The notes beneath the pieces were generated by a model, which saw only the letters and a list, made by a program, of their open reading frames with translations, was not told where the DNA came from and did not search any database. From assembly GCF_003990915.1 (NCBI RefSeq), contig NZ_BHXQ01000001.1:177402-241401 (forward strand): a stretch of 64,000 bases of DNA. The letters are read 5' to 3'. The position numbers were made by a program, and so were the translations under genes. The DNA comes from Chryseotalea sanaruensis (GTDB taxonomy: Bacteria; Bacteroidota; Bacteroidia; Cytophagales; Cyclobacteriaceae). The stretch's first letter is position 1. Each line of letters begins with the position of its first letter. This document shows, piece by piece, positions 28,506 to 37,487 of the stretch.

Positions 28506-30200
28506 TTACTTACTCAATAATCCTATAATTTGTTCTATCGCTAATTTCTCCTGTGTTCCGGCTTCCATATTTTTAAAGGCCAGTAATCCGCTGTTGCGTT
28601 CTTCTTCACCAATCACCATCACATAGGGAATCATTTTCTTGTTCGCATAATCCAATTGTTTCTTGATTTTAGCCTCATCCGGATAGAGTTCTGCGGCAAT
28701 ACCCTTAGCCCTGAGTTGTGTAAGCAGTTTCAAACTATAACGCATACTTTCTTTATCAAAATGACAAATCAATACGGTAGAAGAACGTTGTGTTTCCTTA
28801 GGGAAAAGCTGCAATTCTTCCATCACATCATAAATGCGATCAACACCGAAAGAAATGCCAACACCGGAGAGATTTTCCTTGTCGCCAAAGCTCTGCGTCA
28901 GATTATCATAACGTCCACCGCCACTCACGCTGCCAATAGCCACATTGTTGATTTTCACTTCAAAGATGCAGCCGGTGTAATAACTGAGACCTCTGGCGAG
29001 GGCAATATCAAACTCCAGGTTGTTTTGATTACTGTCAGCCTCTTCTAAGAGATTAAATACTTCTTTTAAGTCATTTAAACCTTTTTGTCCGCTGTCGGAA
29101 TTGAATAAGGCAGCCAGTGCCAAGCGCTTTTCTTCATTGCTGCCGCTGGTGCTTAAGAGTTTAAAAAGCAAGTCAATATTATCAGACGTAAATCCGGCCT
29201 CAGTTAATTCTTTGCTGACACCCTCCTGACCAATTTTATCTAATTTATCGATGGCCACATACAAGGCGGTTTCTTTGCCTTCCGCTTTAATGCTATCGGC
29301 TATGCCTTTTAATACACCTCTATGGTTTATCTTGATAGTAAAATCAGCAATGCCCAATCCCTGCATCACCTCACGAATCATCATCACAATCTCTGCTTCG
29401 CATAGGAGGGAAGTTGTGCCCACCACATCGGCATCACATTGGTAAAATTCGCGGTAGCGACCTTTTTGTGGACGATCCGCTCTCCACACAGGTTGCATTT
29501 GGTAGCGCTTAAATGGAAAAGCAATCTCGTGACGGTTCATCACAACGTAGCGAGCAAAAGGAACGGTGAGGTCGTAGCGGAGACCTTTTTCTGCAATGTC
29601 CTTTGTTAGTTGTTTTGACGTTGTTCTATGAATGAACCATTCATTAAGCATTTTTAAAACTAAAGCGCCATTAGAGGTAGTGTCATTTATCGCAGATAAT
29701 GGTTTAGAAATATCAAAATCTTTGGAAAAAAGAAGTTTGTGCAAAATATCAAGAGACTTCTCATTGATAATGAGCTTGAAAATGAGTTGGTCATTTTCAT
29801 CGTCATATGATTGGACGATATTTTCAAGAATTGTCTTATACTTTTCCAAAATTCGCTCAATCCTTAAATAATCTGATTCAATGACACTTACTCCAACAAG
29901 GGAAAGATTGAAAGCATAAACAAATTGATCCGCATACTTTTGGATTTGTTTTTGTTTAAAAGGATTTGATTTTACTTTCTCAAAATAATCTCCAGAGTCT
30001 AATACTTTAAAAAGGAGCTGATCCCCCTCATCCCCATACTTACCCGTCAACACCGACAAGTTCTCCATAGAAGGGGTTTCCAAAGGCTGGAAACCGTACT
30101 TTTGGTAAACCGTACGAATGGTATTGAAAATAAACTGGCGTTTGCCCATGGTGGCGGGGCCAAAATCACGTGTTCCTTTAGGTATGCTTGGTTTTTCCAT
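28506..30200 (-). CDS. hisS: Histidyl-tRNA synthetase carrying a ~120 aa in-frame insertion between motif 1 and motif 2
   Basis: The ORF extends to 30275. The likely start is 'MEKPSIPKGTRDF'. Motif 2 'FKRYQMQPVWRADRPQKGRYREFYQCDADVVG'. Motif 3 'GSVSGGGRYDNL'. The insertion spans ~29615-29981. Confidence 0.85.
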   Translation of the reverse strand: MEKPSIPKGTRDFGPATMGKRQFIFNTIRTVYQKYGFQPLETPSMENLSVLTGKYGDEGDQLLFKVLDSGDYFEKVKSNPFKQKQIQKYADQFVYAFNLSLVGVSVIESDYLRIERILEKYKTILENIVQSYDDENDQLIFKLIINEKSLDILHKLLFSKDFDISKPLSAINDTTSNGALVLKMLNEWFIHRTTSKQLTKDIAEKGLRYDLTVPFARYVVMNRHEIAFPFKRYQMQPVWRADRPQKGRYREFYQCDADVVGTTSLLCEAEIVMMIREVMQGLGIADFTIKINHRGVLKGIADSIKAEGKETALYVAIDKLDKIGQEGVSKELTEAGFTSDNIDLLFKLLSTSGSNEEKRLALAALFNSDSGQKGLNDLKEVFNLLEEADSNQNNLEFDIALARGLSYYTGCIFEVKINNVAIGSVSGGGRYDNLTQSFGDKENLSGVGISFGVDRIYDVMEELQLFPKETQRSSTVLICHFDKESMRYSLKLLTQLRAKGIAAELYPDEAKIKKQLDYANKKMIPYVMVIGEEERNSGLLAFKNMEAGTQEKLAIEQIIGLLSK

Positions 30201-30346
30201 AGTGCGCCTGGCTAATAGGAAAGCTTTGATGGAAGGATTAGCCAGAAAGGGAGCAATTTCCTCATATTTTTCCAATAATTATTCAGCAAATCTTGTAATC
30301 TTCTAAATCTTGGCTTACTTTTGCGCTCCTTTAAAACAAATTTGTC

Positions 30347-30496
30347 ATGGCTGTAACACGACTGAAGAGAAAGAACCGCAAAGATAAATCAGTATCTGCT
30401 GTAAGACGTCAGTCTTTGAAGAACCAAGGCTTTAAGCCGGTTATCAAGAACGTTGATATTGAAGAGATCAAAGAAGGATTCAAGAAGAAAGCATAA
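30347..30496 (+). CDS. Small basic protein (49 aa), hypothetical, with its own terminator
   Basis: 'MAVTRLKRKNRKDKSVSAVRRQSLKNQGFKPVIKNVDIEEIKEGFKKKA'. Below the 60 aa track cutoff. Followed by a hairpin plus U-run at 30519-30556. Confidence 0.45.
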   Translation: MAVTRLKRKNRKDKSVSAVRRQSLKNQGFKPVIKNVDIEEIKEGFKKKA

Positions 30497-30518
30497 TCGC
30501 TCTCTTTTCATTCATAAG

Positions 30519-30556
30519 AAGGCCCTGTTTGCTACGCAAGCAGGGCTTTTTCTTTT
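30519..30556 (+). terminator. Rho-independent terminator after the small basic ORF
   Basis: 'ggccctgtttgc-tac-gcaagcagggc' followed by 'tttttctttt'. Confidence 0.6.
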
Positions 30557-30649
30557 CTTTTAAGCCCGCATTAAGTTTAAAGTAAGTCATCATCGTGCAT
30601 TGGAATTAAAATTATTACTTCTATTTTGTGAGGATAATTCTCAACAACA

Positions 30650-31228
30650 ATGGGCGATTTAAATGCTTGGTGGACTGGTCTTAGCTTCTCGCTGAAGTTC
30701 TACTGGATTCTGGCCATTCCCTTTACACTCTTCTTTTTATTACAACTCTTCTTATCCTTTTTTGGAGGAGGTGATGTACCGGATGATACACCGGATGCAG
30801 AGATTGATGCAGACACAGGAATTGGTTTTCAATTCTTCACCCTCAAAAACCTGATTGCTTTTTTCACCATTTTCTCCTGGACAGGTATTGCCTGCATTGA
30901 TTCCGGTTTGTCTGAAACAACGGCTGGTATAGTGGCATTTGTTGCGGGGCTCATCATGATGTTGATCATGGCCTCACTCTTTTATTTTTTGGCAAAAGCC
31001 AGTGGCGATGGTACCATGAAATTCAAAAAGGCTATTGGTAAATCAGGACAAGTTTACCTGACGATTGCCAGTAAACGAAGTGGTGTGGGGCAGGTACAGA
31101 TAAAAGTACAAGGTACTCTGCGTACTCTCGATGCAATGACGGACGAGACCGACAATATTCCAACAGGCACCATGGTGATGGTAAAGGAGATTGTCAATGA
31201 AAATGTATTATTAGTAACCTCTAAATAA
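30650..31228 (+). CDS. NfeD-like membrane protein (flotillin-associated, C-terminal OB-fold)
   Basis: N-terminal TM helices. C-terminal beta-rich 'GQVYLTIASKRSGVGQVQIKVQGTLRTLDAMTDE...GTMVMVKEI'. Sits immediately upstream of the flotillin gene. Confidence 0.6.
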   Translation: MGDLNAWWTGLSFSLKFYWILAIPFTLFFLLQLFLSFFGGGDVPDDTPDAEIDADTGIGFQFFTLKNLIAFFTIFSWTGIACIDSGLSETTAGIVAFVAGLIMMLIMASLFYFLAKASGDGTMKFKKAIGKSGQVYLTIASKRSGVGQVQIKVQGTLRTLDAMTDETDNIPTGTMVMVKEIVNENVLLVTSK

Positions 31229-31234
31229 ACCTTT

Positions 31235-32767
31235 ATGAGTTTTTATGCACTTCCGGTTTTAGCGCTGGCTGTATTCTTTGTCTTTATTGTATTGGTCACC
31301 TTTTTCAGAAGGTATAAGCGTTGTCCTTCCGACCGCATATTGGTAGTGTATGGTAAAGTAGGTGGAGGCGACTCTGCTAAATGTATACACGGTGGTGCAG
31401 CCTTTATCTGGCCTGTGTTTCAGGATTATGCCTTCATGGATTTAACCCCAATTTCTATTGAAGTTAACCTGACCAACTCCCTAAGTAAGCAAAACATTCG
31501 TGTGGATGTTCCTTCTAAATTCACGGTAGGTATTTCTACAGAAAAAGGTGTGATGGAAAATGCCGCTGAACGCCTATTGGGTTTGCAACGCAATGATGTT
31601 CATGCATTAGCACACGATATTATTGTTGGTCAGATGCGTTTGGTGGTTGCCATGATGGATATTGAAGAGATCAACACCAACCGCGATAAGTTTTTATTGA
31701 ATGTTTCCCACAACGTTGAAGTAGAATTGAAGAAGATCGGTTTGAAACTGATCAACGTAAACATTACTGATATTAAAGATGAAAGTGGTTACATCGCAGC
31801 ACTTGGTAAGGAAGCGGCCGCTAAGGCCATTAACGAAGCAAAGATTCGCGTAGCCGAGCAAGAACGTTTAGGAGATATTGGTAAAACCGAAGCAGAGAAA
31901 GAACGCGACATTAAAGTAGCAGAAATGCAGCGCGATCGCGATACCAATGTAGCGAATTCAGTTAAAGATAGAGAAGTATTGATTGCAGCCGCTAAACGCG
32001 ATGAGCAAATTGGTAAAGTAGAAGCAGATAGGGATACACGTATTAAAACTGCTGATGCAAATGCGCTGGCAGTAACGGGAGAAAACCAATCGAAGATTGC
32101 CATTGCCAGTTCGGATGCAGAACGCAGAGAGCGTGAAGCGGAAGCTTTGAAGAAAGCGATGGCTGCGGAAAAAGTTCAAGCTGCGAAAGCCTTAGAAGAA
32201 GCCTATCTGGCAGAACAAAAAGCAGAAGAGGCGCGTGCAGATCGTGAACGTGCATCGCAAAATGCCAACATTGTGGTAGCTGCCGAAATTCAAAAGCAAA
32301 AAGCCATAATTGAAGCACAAGCAGAAGCGGAGCGCATACGTGAGAGAGCAAAAGGTGAAGCCGATGCAGTGTTGTTACAACGCCAGGCAGAAGCACAGGG
32401 TATTTACGAAATATTAACCAAACAGGCAGAAGGTCTTCGTCAGATTGTGGGTGCAGCAGGTAATAGTTCTAAGGATGCTGCGATGTTGATCATTGCTGAT
32501 AAGTTACCGGAGTTGGTTAGGTTACAAACGGAAGCCATTAAGAATATTCAGATTGATAAAATTACAGTGTGGGAAGGCGGTAACAGTAAAGATGGAAAAT
32601 CATCTACCGCTAACTTTATTTCAGGCATGTATCAGTCCGTACCACCTCTACAGGAAGTATTTAAAATGGCCGGACTTGATTTGCCAGCTTACCTTGGTAC
32701 TGAAACAAAAGAAGCGCCTGTTAAACCACAGACACCACCCTCACCTGAAACACCTGCTAAAAAATAA
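31235..32767 (+). CDS. Flotillin-like SPFH/band-7 protein with long Glu/Ala-rich coiled coil
   Basis: N-terminal TM. SPFH region 'ILVVYGKVGG...FIWPVFQDYAFMDLTPISIEV'. EA-repeat region 'AEAEKERDIKVAEMQRDRD...AEALKKAMAAEKVQAAKALEEAY'. Confidence 0.8.
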   Translation: MSFYALPVLALAVFFVFIVLVTFFRRYKRCPSDRILVVYGKVGGGDSAKCIHGGAAFIWPVFQDYAFMDLTPISIEVNLTNSLSKQNIRVDVPSKFTVGISTEKGVMENAAERLLGLQRNDVHALAHDIIVGQMRLVVAMMDIEEINTNRDKFLLNVSHNVEVELKKIGLKLINVNITDIKDESGYIAALGKEAAAKAINEAKIRVAEQERLGDIGKTEAEKERDIKVAEMQRDRDTNVANSVKDREVLIAAAKRDEQIGKVEADRDTRIKTADANALAVTGENQSKIAIASSDAERREREAEALKKAMAAEKVQAAKALEEAYLAEQKAEEARADRERASQNANIVVAAEIQKQKAIIEAQAEAERIRERAKGEADAVLLQRQAEAQGIYEILTKQAEGLRQIVGAAGNSSKDAAMLIIADKLPELVRLQTEAIKNIQIDKITVWEGGNSKDGKSSTANFISGMYQSVPPLQEVFKMAGLDLPAYLGTETKEAPVKPQTPPSPETPAKK

Positions 32768-32769
32768 TC

Positions 32770-33543
32770 ATGGCCTTACACTTAGTTAACTGGAATGTAA
32801 ACGGAATCCGGTCCATTATTAAAAAGGATTTTGCAAAAGACATCGCGGCATTAAACCCGGATGTACTTTGCTTGCAAGAGCATAAAGCAACTGTAGCTGA
32901 TGTTAAAAAAGTGCTGGAGGCTTTTCCTGAGTATAAGTCTTTCGTGAATGATTCAAAAGCACGTAAAGGATATTCGGGTACAGCCATCATCACTAAAGAA
33001 GAACCTTTATCTGTTACTTATGATATGGGCGTGGAGGAGCACGACCAGGAAGGTAGGGTTGTAACAGCTGAGTACGAGAATTTTATTTTGGTTACTGTTT
33101 ACACGCCCAACTCTGGGGAAGGACTGAAACGTTTGGAGTACAGACAAACCTGGGATGATGCTTTTCGTGATTATGTAAGCTGGCTGAACAAACGTAAACC
33201 CGTTATTATTTGTGGCGATTTAAATGTAGCGCATCAGCCTATTGATTTGGCACGACCAAAACAGAATTACAATAAATCGGCTGGTTATACACAACAAGAA
33301 ATTGACAGCTTTACTGCTTTATTGAATGCCGGTTTTGTAGATACATTCAGACACATGCATCCGGAAGAGATAAAGTACAGTTACTGGAATTATCTTTTCA
33401 ATGCAAGGGCCAACAACACAGGCTGGCGCATCGATTACTTTTTGGTAAGCGAAAGACTAATGCCCAAAGTAAAAGAAGCGTTAATCTACAATGAACTGAT
33501 GGGTTCAGATCATTGTCCGGTAGCTGTTAAACTGGAGCTGTAA
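32770..33543 (+). CDS. xth: Exodeoxyribonuclease III (AP endonuclease)
   Basis: 'WNVNGIRS', 'LCLQEHK', 'GDLNVAHQPID', and terminal 'GSDHCPVAVKLEL'. Confidence 0.85.
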   Translation: MALHLVNWNVNGIRSIIKKDFAKDIAALNPDVLCLQEHKATVADVKKVLEAFPEYKSFVNDSKARKGYSGTAIITKEEPLSVTYDMGVEEHDQEGRVVTAEYENFILVTVYTPNSGEGLKRLEYRQTWDDAFRDYVSWLNKRKPVIICGDLNVAHQPIDLARPKQNYNKSAGYTQQEIDSFTALLNAGFVDTFRHMHPEEIKYSYWNYLFNARANNTGWRIDYFLVSERLMPKVKEALIYNELMGSDHCPVAVKLEL

Positions 33544-34346
33544 TCACCCTGGTGTTTGATTTCAACCCAGGTGTGGTCAGCCAGTAATTTTACCATACTC
33601 ACAAAACTTTTATAAGGCATAGGTTTGCGTCCCCATTCATTGGGCGCGATCATGCTTAAGATGTGTGAGTTCTCTTTTGTTTCGTACAAGTAATAACTTT
33701 GGCCGATAACTGGTGCGAAGTTCAACTTCGATTCGTAAATGAGCATCGACAACTCTTTACGTGTTACAATTTCTTTTGCCTGCAGGGCAAGCAGTTCTAT
33801 TTGCTTGCGAATTTGCTCCAATTGCATATTGGTCTGTTCTTCCATGGCCGTTAAGGCTTTATGGCGAATAAGACCTTCTTCATTTTGTTTGACCACCGCA
33901 CCTGAAGCAGAGGATGCGTAAGGTAATACACTGAACTGTTTGTGATAGATTTCAGTGTTGGTCAGTATTTTTTCAGGATCAAGTAAATTGCTTTGCGTTA
34001 TTTTCAATAAACTGCTTGGCATAATTTCATGCCGTATGCGTAAACTCTCTAGTTCATCTTGGGCAAAAATGACTTCGAACGTTAAAGAGTTGATTATTGA
34101 AAGTTTGATTTTGTTAGCCAACGGATTGTCCTCGAGTGTATGAAATAATCCGTCTCCAGGTACGCTGTATTCGGAGGTAAAGGCCTGGTCTTCTAAAGTA
34201 ACCCAGTTAATGGCGATGGAAAGACTATTGCTTTCAGTTCTCCATTGCATTTTATAATTGCCTGATTTGGGTCTTCTACCAAATTCGTATGTGCCCTTTT
34301 CAGGAAAGAGTTGCCAAGAATAGAGAAAGTTATAGAGATCAACCAT
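33510..34346 (-). CDS. Hypothetical protein (convergent with xth, 34-bp overlap)
   Basis: Clean 278 aa ORF. No motif recognised. Confidence 0.45.
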   Translation of the reverse strand: MVDLYNFLYSWQLFPEKGTYEFGRRPKSGNYKMQWRTESNSLSIAINWVTLEDQAFTSEYSVPGDGLFHTLEDNPLANKIKLSIINSLTFEVIFAQDELESLRIRHEIMPSSLLKITQSNLLDPEKILTNTEIYHKQFSVLPYASSASGAVVKQNEEGLIRHKALTAMEEQTNMQLEQIRKQIELLALQAKEIVTRKELSMLIYESKLNFAPVIGQSYYLYETKENSHILSMIAPNEWGRKPMPYKSFVSMVKLLADHTWVEIKHQGDYSSSLTATGQ

Positions 34347-34397
34347 GAATAAACATAACGCAGATCAGCGCAATTTGTTAATTTCAAATTTGAAATT

Positions 34398-35465
34398 TCA
34401 AATTAAAGCAAGTGTGTCCACTAATAACTCGTATTGCTCTTTTGAATGAGCCGGGAAGTTGGCGAAGCGTAATTGTGTTTCTTTGGCTTTGCCATAACCA
34501 TCACCAGGGTATAATCCTTTAGCCATAAGTGCTTCACTAATAGATTTGGTTTGACTGCCAGTATTAGCCACAATAACTGTTTTAGATTGCCAGTTCGCAT
34601 CTTTTACAAAAACTTCTGCCTGACTATGATTCTGTAAGGCATTGTAAAGAAGAGCGGCTTTGTATTCAGTTTCTTTTCTTAAAGTAGTTATACCTCTTCT
34701 GAGGAAATCACCAGTTACTTTACTTAACAAATAGATTCCAAGTACGTTTGGTGTTTCTGGTGTTTGGTTTTTCTTAGCAAAAGAATGAAGTGTTGGCAGG
34801 TTATGGTAGGTGCCCGTTACAAAACCCTTGCTTTGTAATGCCTCTGCTTTTGCGAGACAAGCCTCATTAACGATCCATACGCCCAAGCCTGCAGGTAAAC
34901 CAAATGCTTTTTGCACTGAGAAGAAAACGGAATCGACTTTATTAAAATCGAAAGCAGGGTAGGGAAGTGAAGAGACAGCATCTACTACTAATAGTGCTTT
35001 TGGGAATGCATCTTTTAATGCATGTATTTTATCGACTGACCAGCAAACGCCTGTGCTTGTTTCGTTGTGTGTTACGGCAATTAATTCTGTGTCTGTGGGT
35101 ATTTTAGATAATTCAGTAAAGCCTTCACCTTCTTTTACTTCGTATGCTTTTGCCTGTTTCTTTAATTGCGTGGCAATTTCGTGGTAGCGTTTAGAGAAGG
35201 CACCGTTTACGAAGTGAAAACAGTTATCTGCTACAAGATTTTGTATGCTTCTTTCCCAGACTTCAGTAGCTGAAGAAGTAAATACGATACTATGTGTTTC
35301 CGGAATATTCAATAGTGCTCGTAAACCACTGGTTGCTTCAATGGAAATCTTCTCAAAATCCTTACTTCTGTGTGATAAGGAAAGTACCTGATCACGCAGC
35401 GCTTGCTTAAGATGATCAGCTACTGTAAAGTAAAGTTGAGAAGGCCCGGGAGTAAAATTGATCAT
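34398..35465 (-). CDS. serC: Phosphoserine aminotransferase (class V aminotransferase)
   Basis: N-terminal 'INFTPGPSQL' matches the SerC 'FNFSSGPAML' pattern. The PLP lysine lies within 'FFSVQKAFG'. Length 355 aa. Confidence 0.7.
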   Translation of the reverse strand: MINFTPGPSQLYFTVADHLKQALRDQVLSLSHRSKDFEKISIEATSGLRALLNIPETHSIVFTSSATEVWERSIQNLVADNCFHFVNGAFSKRYHEIATQLKKQAKAYEVKEGEGFTELSKIPTDTELIAVTHNETSTGVCWSVDKIHALKDAFPKALLVVDAVSSLPYPAFDFNKVDSVFFSVQKAFGLPAGLGVWIVNEACLAKAEALQSKGFVTGTYHNLPTLHSFAKKNQTPETPNVLGIYLLSKVTGDFLRRGITTLRKETEYKAALLYNALQNHSQAEVFVKDANWQSKTVIVANTGSQTKSISEALMAKGLYPGDGYGKAKETQLRFANFPAHSKEQYELLVDTLALI

Positions 35466-36172
35466 ATTGATTCGGTCGTCAACTCGAAGCTTTCTTTTGC
35501 TGAGTCCAGTACTTTTACGTGCTCACATTTTAAAACCCTGGTTGGAAATTTCTTGATAAGTCTGTAATCATGCGTGGCCATTAAAATAGCCGTGCCGCTT
35601 TTGTTGATTTCCTGAAACACTTTCAAAATACCATCCGATACTTCAGGATCAAGATTTCCTGTTGGTTCATCTGCGATCAACATAACAGGCTCATTCAGCA
35701 AAGCTCGTGCAATCACAACTCTTTGTTGTTCACCACCGGAAAGTTGATGAGGCATTTTCTTTTCAACGGAACCTAAACCTACCTGCATCAACACCTCAGA
35801 TAAACGGTTCTTAATTTTAGAAGATTCCTTCCAGCCGGTGGCCTTCATCACAAAAGTAAGATTCTCACCAACTGTTCTGTCGTTAAACAATTGAAAGTCC
35901 TGAAAGATGATACCAAGCTTGCGTCTGAGTAAAGGAACTTGAGAAGGCTTGATGCCGCGAATATTGAAACCAGCAACATCAATATCCCCTAAACGCAAAG
36001 GAAGATCAGCATATAAAGTCTTGAGCAAAGATGATTTACCCGAACCTGTACGACCAACTAGAAAAACGAATTCTCCTTTTTCTATTTCAAGGTTGAGACC
36101 TCCAAGAACAGTGTTGTGTTCCTGAAAGATCGTTGCCTCTTTTATGCGTACGATAGGATCGGATGAAAACAT
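35462..36172 (-). CDS. ftsE: Cell-division ABC transporter ATP-binding protein FtsE-like
   Basis: Walker A 'GRTGSGKSS'. ABC signature 'LSGGEQQR'. Walker B 'LIADEPTGNLD'. FtsE-like length and N-terminus. Confidence 0.7.
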   Translation of the reverse strand: MFSSDPIVRIKEATIFQEHNTVLGGLNLEIEKGEFVFLVGRTGSGKSSLLKTLYADLPLRLGDIDVAGFNIRGIKPSQVPLLRRKLGIIFQDFQLFNDRTVGENLTFVMKATGWKESSKIKNRLSEVLMQVGLGSVEKKMPHQLSGGEQQRVVIARALLNEPVMLIADEPTGNLDPEVSDGILKVFQEINKSGTAILMATHDYRLIKKFPTRVLKCEHVKVLDSAKESFELTTESI

Positions 36173-36184
36173 AGTTAATTCAAG

Positions 36185-36244
36185 ATTTCAAATTCAAAGT
36201 TCAAAATTGCTGATGCTAAATTTTGAACCTTGAATTTTGAATTT
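36185..36244. promoter_or_regulatory. Large AT-rich inverted repeat between fsa/tal and ftsE
   Basis: Arms 'atttcaaattcaaagttcaaaatt' and 'aaattttgaaccttgaattttgaattt' are separated by 'gctgatgct'. The right arm recurs at 40661-40690. Confidence 0.4.
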
Positions 36245-36252
36245 AAAATTGT

Positions 36253-36909
36253 TTAAGCATTGGCTTTCTTATGGTCAGCCAAAAACTTGGCCAAACCTGA
36301 ATCTGTAAGCGGATGGTTTAATAAACCGGTAATAACGTTTAACGGACAAGTTACAACGTCAGCACCAATCTCAGCACACTTAATCAAGTGCATGGTGTGG
36401 CGTACTGATGCGGCAAGAATCTCCGTTCCGAAACCATAGTTATCGTAGATCACACGAACCTGCGCGATAAACTCAAGACCATCCTGAGAGATATCGTCAA
36501 GACGACCCACAAAAGGAGAGAGGTAGCTAGCTCCGGCCTTAGCCGCCAGAATAGCCTGACCCGGTGAAAAAACTAAAGTACAGTTTGTGCGGATACCTTC
36601 ACTCGAGAAATACTTGATGGCTTTGATGCCCTCTTTAATCATGGGGATTTTCACCACGATTTTGTCATCGATTTTGGCAAGTTCCTTACCCTCTTTAATC
36701 ATACCCTCAAAGTCGGTGGCAATAACCTCAGCGCTCACATTATTATCAACGATATCACAAATGGCTTTATAGTGAGCACGCACATTGGCATCACCCTTTA
36801 TGCCTTCTTTGGCCATCAGCGATGGGTTAGTGGTTACTCCGTCTAGTACGCCAAGGTCAAAAGCTTCACGTATTTCATTAAGATTAGCAGTATCAATAAA
36901 GAATTTCAT
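36253..36909 (-). CDS. Fructose-6-phosphate aldolase / short transaldolase
   Basis: 'MKFFIDTANLNEIREAFDLGVLDGVTTNPSL' and the Schiff-base lysine in 'IVVKIPM'. Confidence 0.85.
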   Translation of the reverse strand: MKFFIDTANLNEIREAFDLGVLDGVTTNPSLMAKEGIKGDANVRAHYKAICDIVDNNVSAEVIATDFEGMIKEGKELAKIDDKIVVKIPMIKEGIKAIKYFSSEGIRTNCTLVFSPGQAILAAKAGASYLSPFVGRLDDISQDGLEFIAQVRVIYDNYGFGTEILAASVRHTMHLIKCAEIGADVVTCPLNVITGLLNHPLTDSGLAKFLADHKKANA

Positions 36910-37021
36910 AAAAAGGTAGTGGTTACTTGAACTGTAAAGTTAAGGGAAACTGGCGAGTTGAAGTAAAGAAGATAGAGGAGATTTTGGAGGGTTCAAGGAA
37001 AATGAACCTGGAAGAAAAAAA

Positions 37022-37130
37022 TACAAGCCAACATCGCACCGCTACAACCGCCTACCCTTGCTACCTTCCGGTCCTGGGGGAGTTCAGCAGGAGCTGGTCG
37101 TGCCGGCTTGCGCTGCAAAAGTACGAATCA
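37022..37130 (-). ncRNA. ffs: Small (4.5S-type) signal recognition particle RNA
   Basis: Minus strand contains the domain-IV core 'CCC-AGG-ACC-GGAA-GGU-AGCAA-GGG'. That is a GGAA tetraloop on an ACC/GGU stem, flanked by the conserved CAGG and AGCA loops. The flanks 'aagccggcac' and 'gtgcgatgttggctt' pair as the long helix. Ends in a U-run. Exact ends are approximate. Confidence 0.55.
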
Positions 37131-37231
37131 AAAGGTAATTAACAATTCTATCGCAGATATTTAGCCAAGTAATTGACTGATCATTATAATGGACGTTATG
37201 TGCAGGATAAGCTAAGTTTATTGATGAAGGA

Positions 37232-37474
37232 TCACTTCGCCAAACCACTCGCATACAGGTTAAACTCCAAAGCGGTGCATTCAGTAAAGCCATCAGCTTT
37301 TAGGTCGTCAAAGATCTCGGCATCAAATTCCAGATCACGAATTTCTACTTCTCCACTTTCAGGAACCATTATTTCAGTGCCTTTAAAATGAATAGGGTTT
37401 ACCTTTACCAGCAACTTGAAACCTTCTAATTGCTTTTTAAAATACTGATGAACGATGTTGTTGGTTTTTGCCAT
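37232..37474 (-). CDS. Small hypothetical protein (80 aa)
   Basis: 'MAKTNNIVHQYFKKQLEGFKLLVKVNPIHFKGTEIMVPESGEVEIRDLEFDAEIFDDL' reads protein-like. It competes with an overlapping + strand ORF. Confidence 0.35.
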   Translation of the reverse strand: MAKTNNIVHQYFKKQLEGFKLLVKVNPIHFKGTEIMVPESGEVEIRDLEFDAEIFDDLKADGFTECTALEFNLYASGLAK

Positions 37475-37487
37475 TTATCTTTAAAGC

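Noticed and set aside
31789-32396. Three minus-strand ORFs within the flotillin gene
   Set aside because: They are antisense to the EA-repeat coiled-coil region. The repetitive GAA/GCN codons keep the antisense frame open (Ser/Leu/Phe-rich nonsense).
36927-37391. Overlapping small ORFs on both strands (36927-37142 +, 37084-37293 -, 37173-37391 +)
   Set aside because: The region is better explained by the SRP RNA gene plus its terminator. The ORFs have no protein-like composition. Only 37232-37474 (-) was kept, at low confidence.
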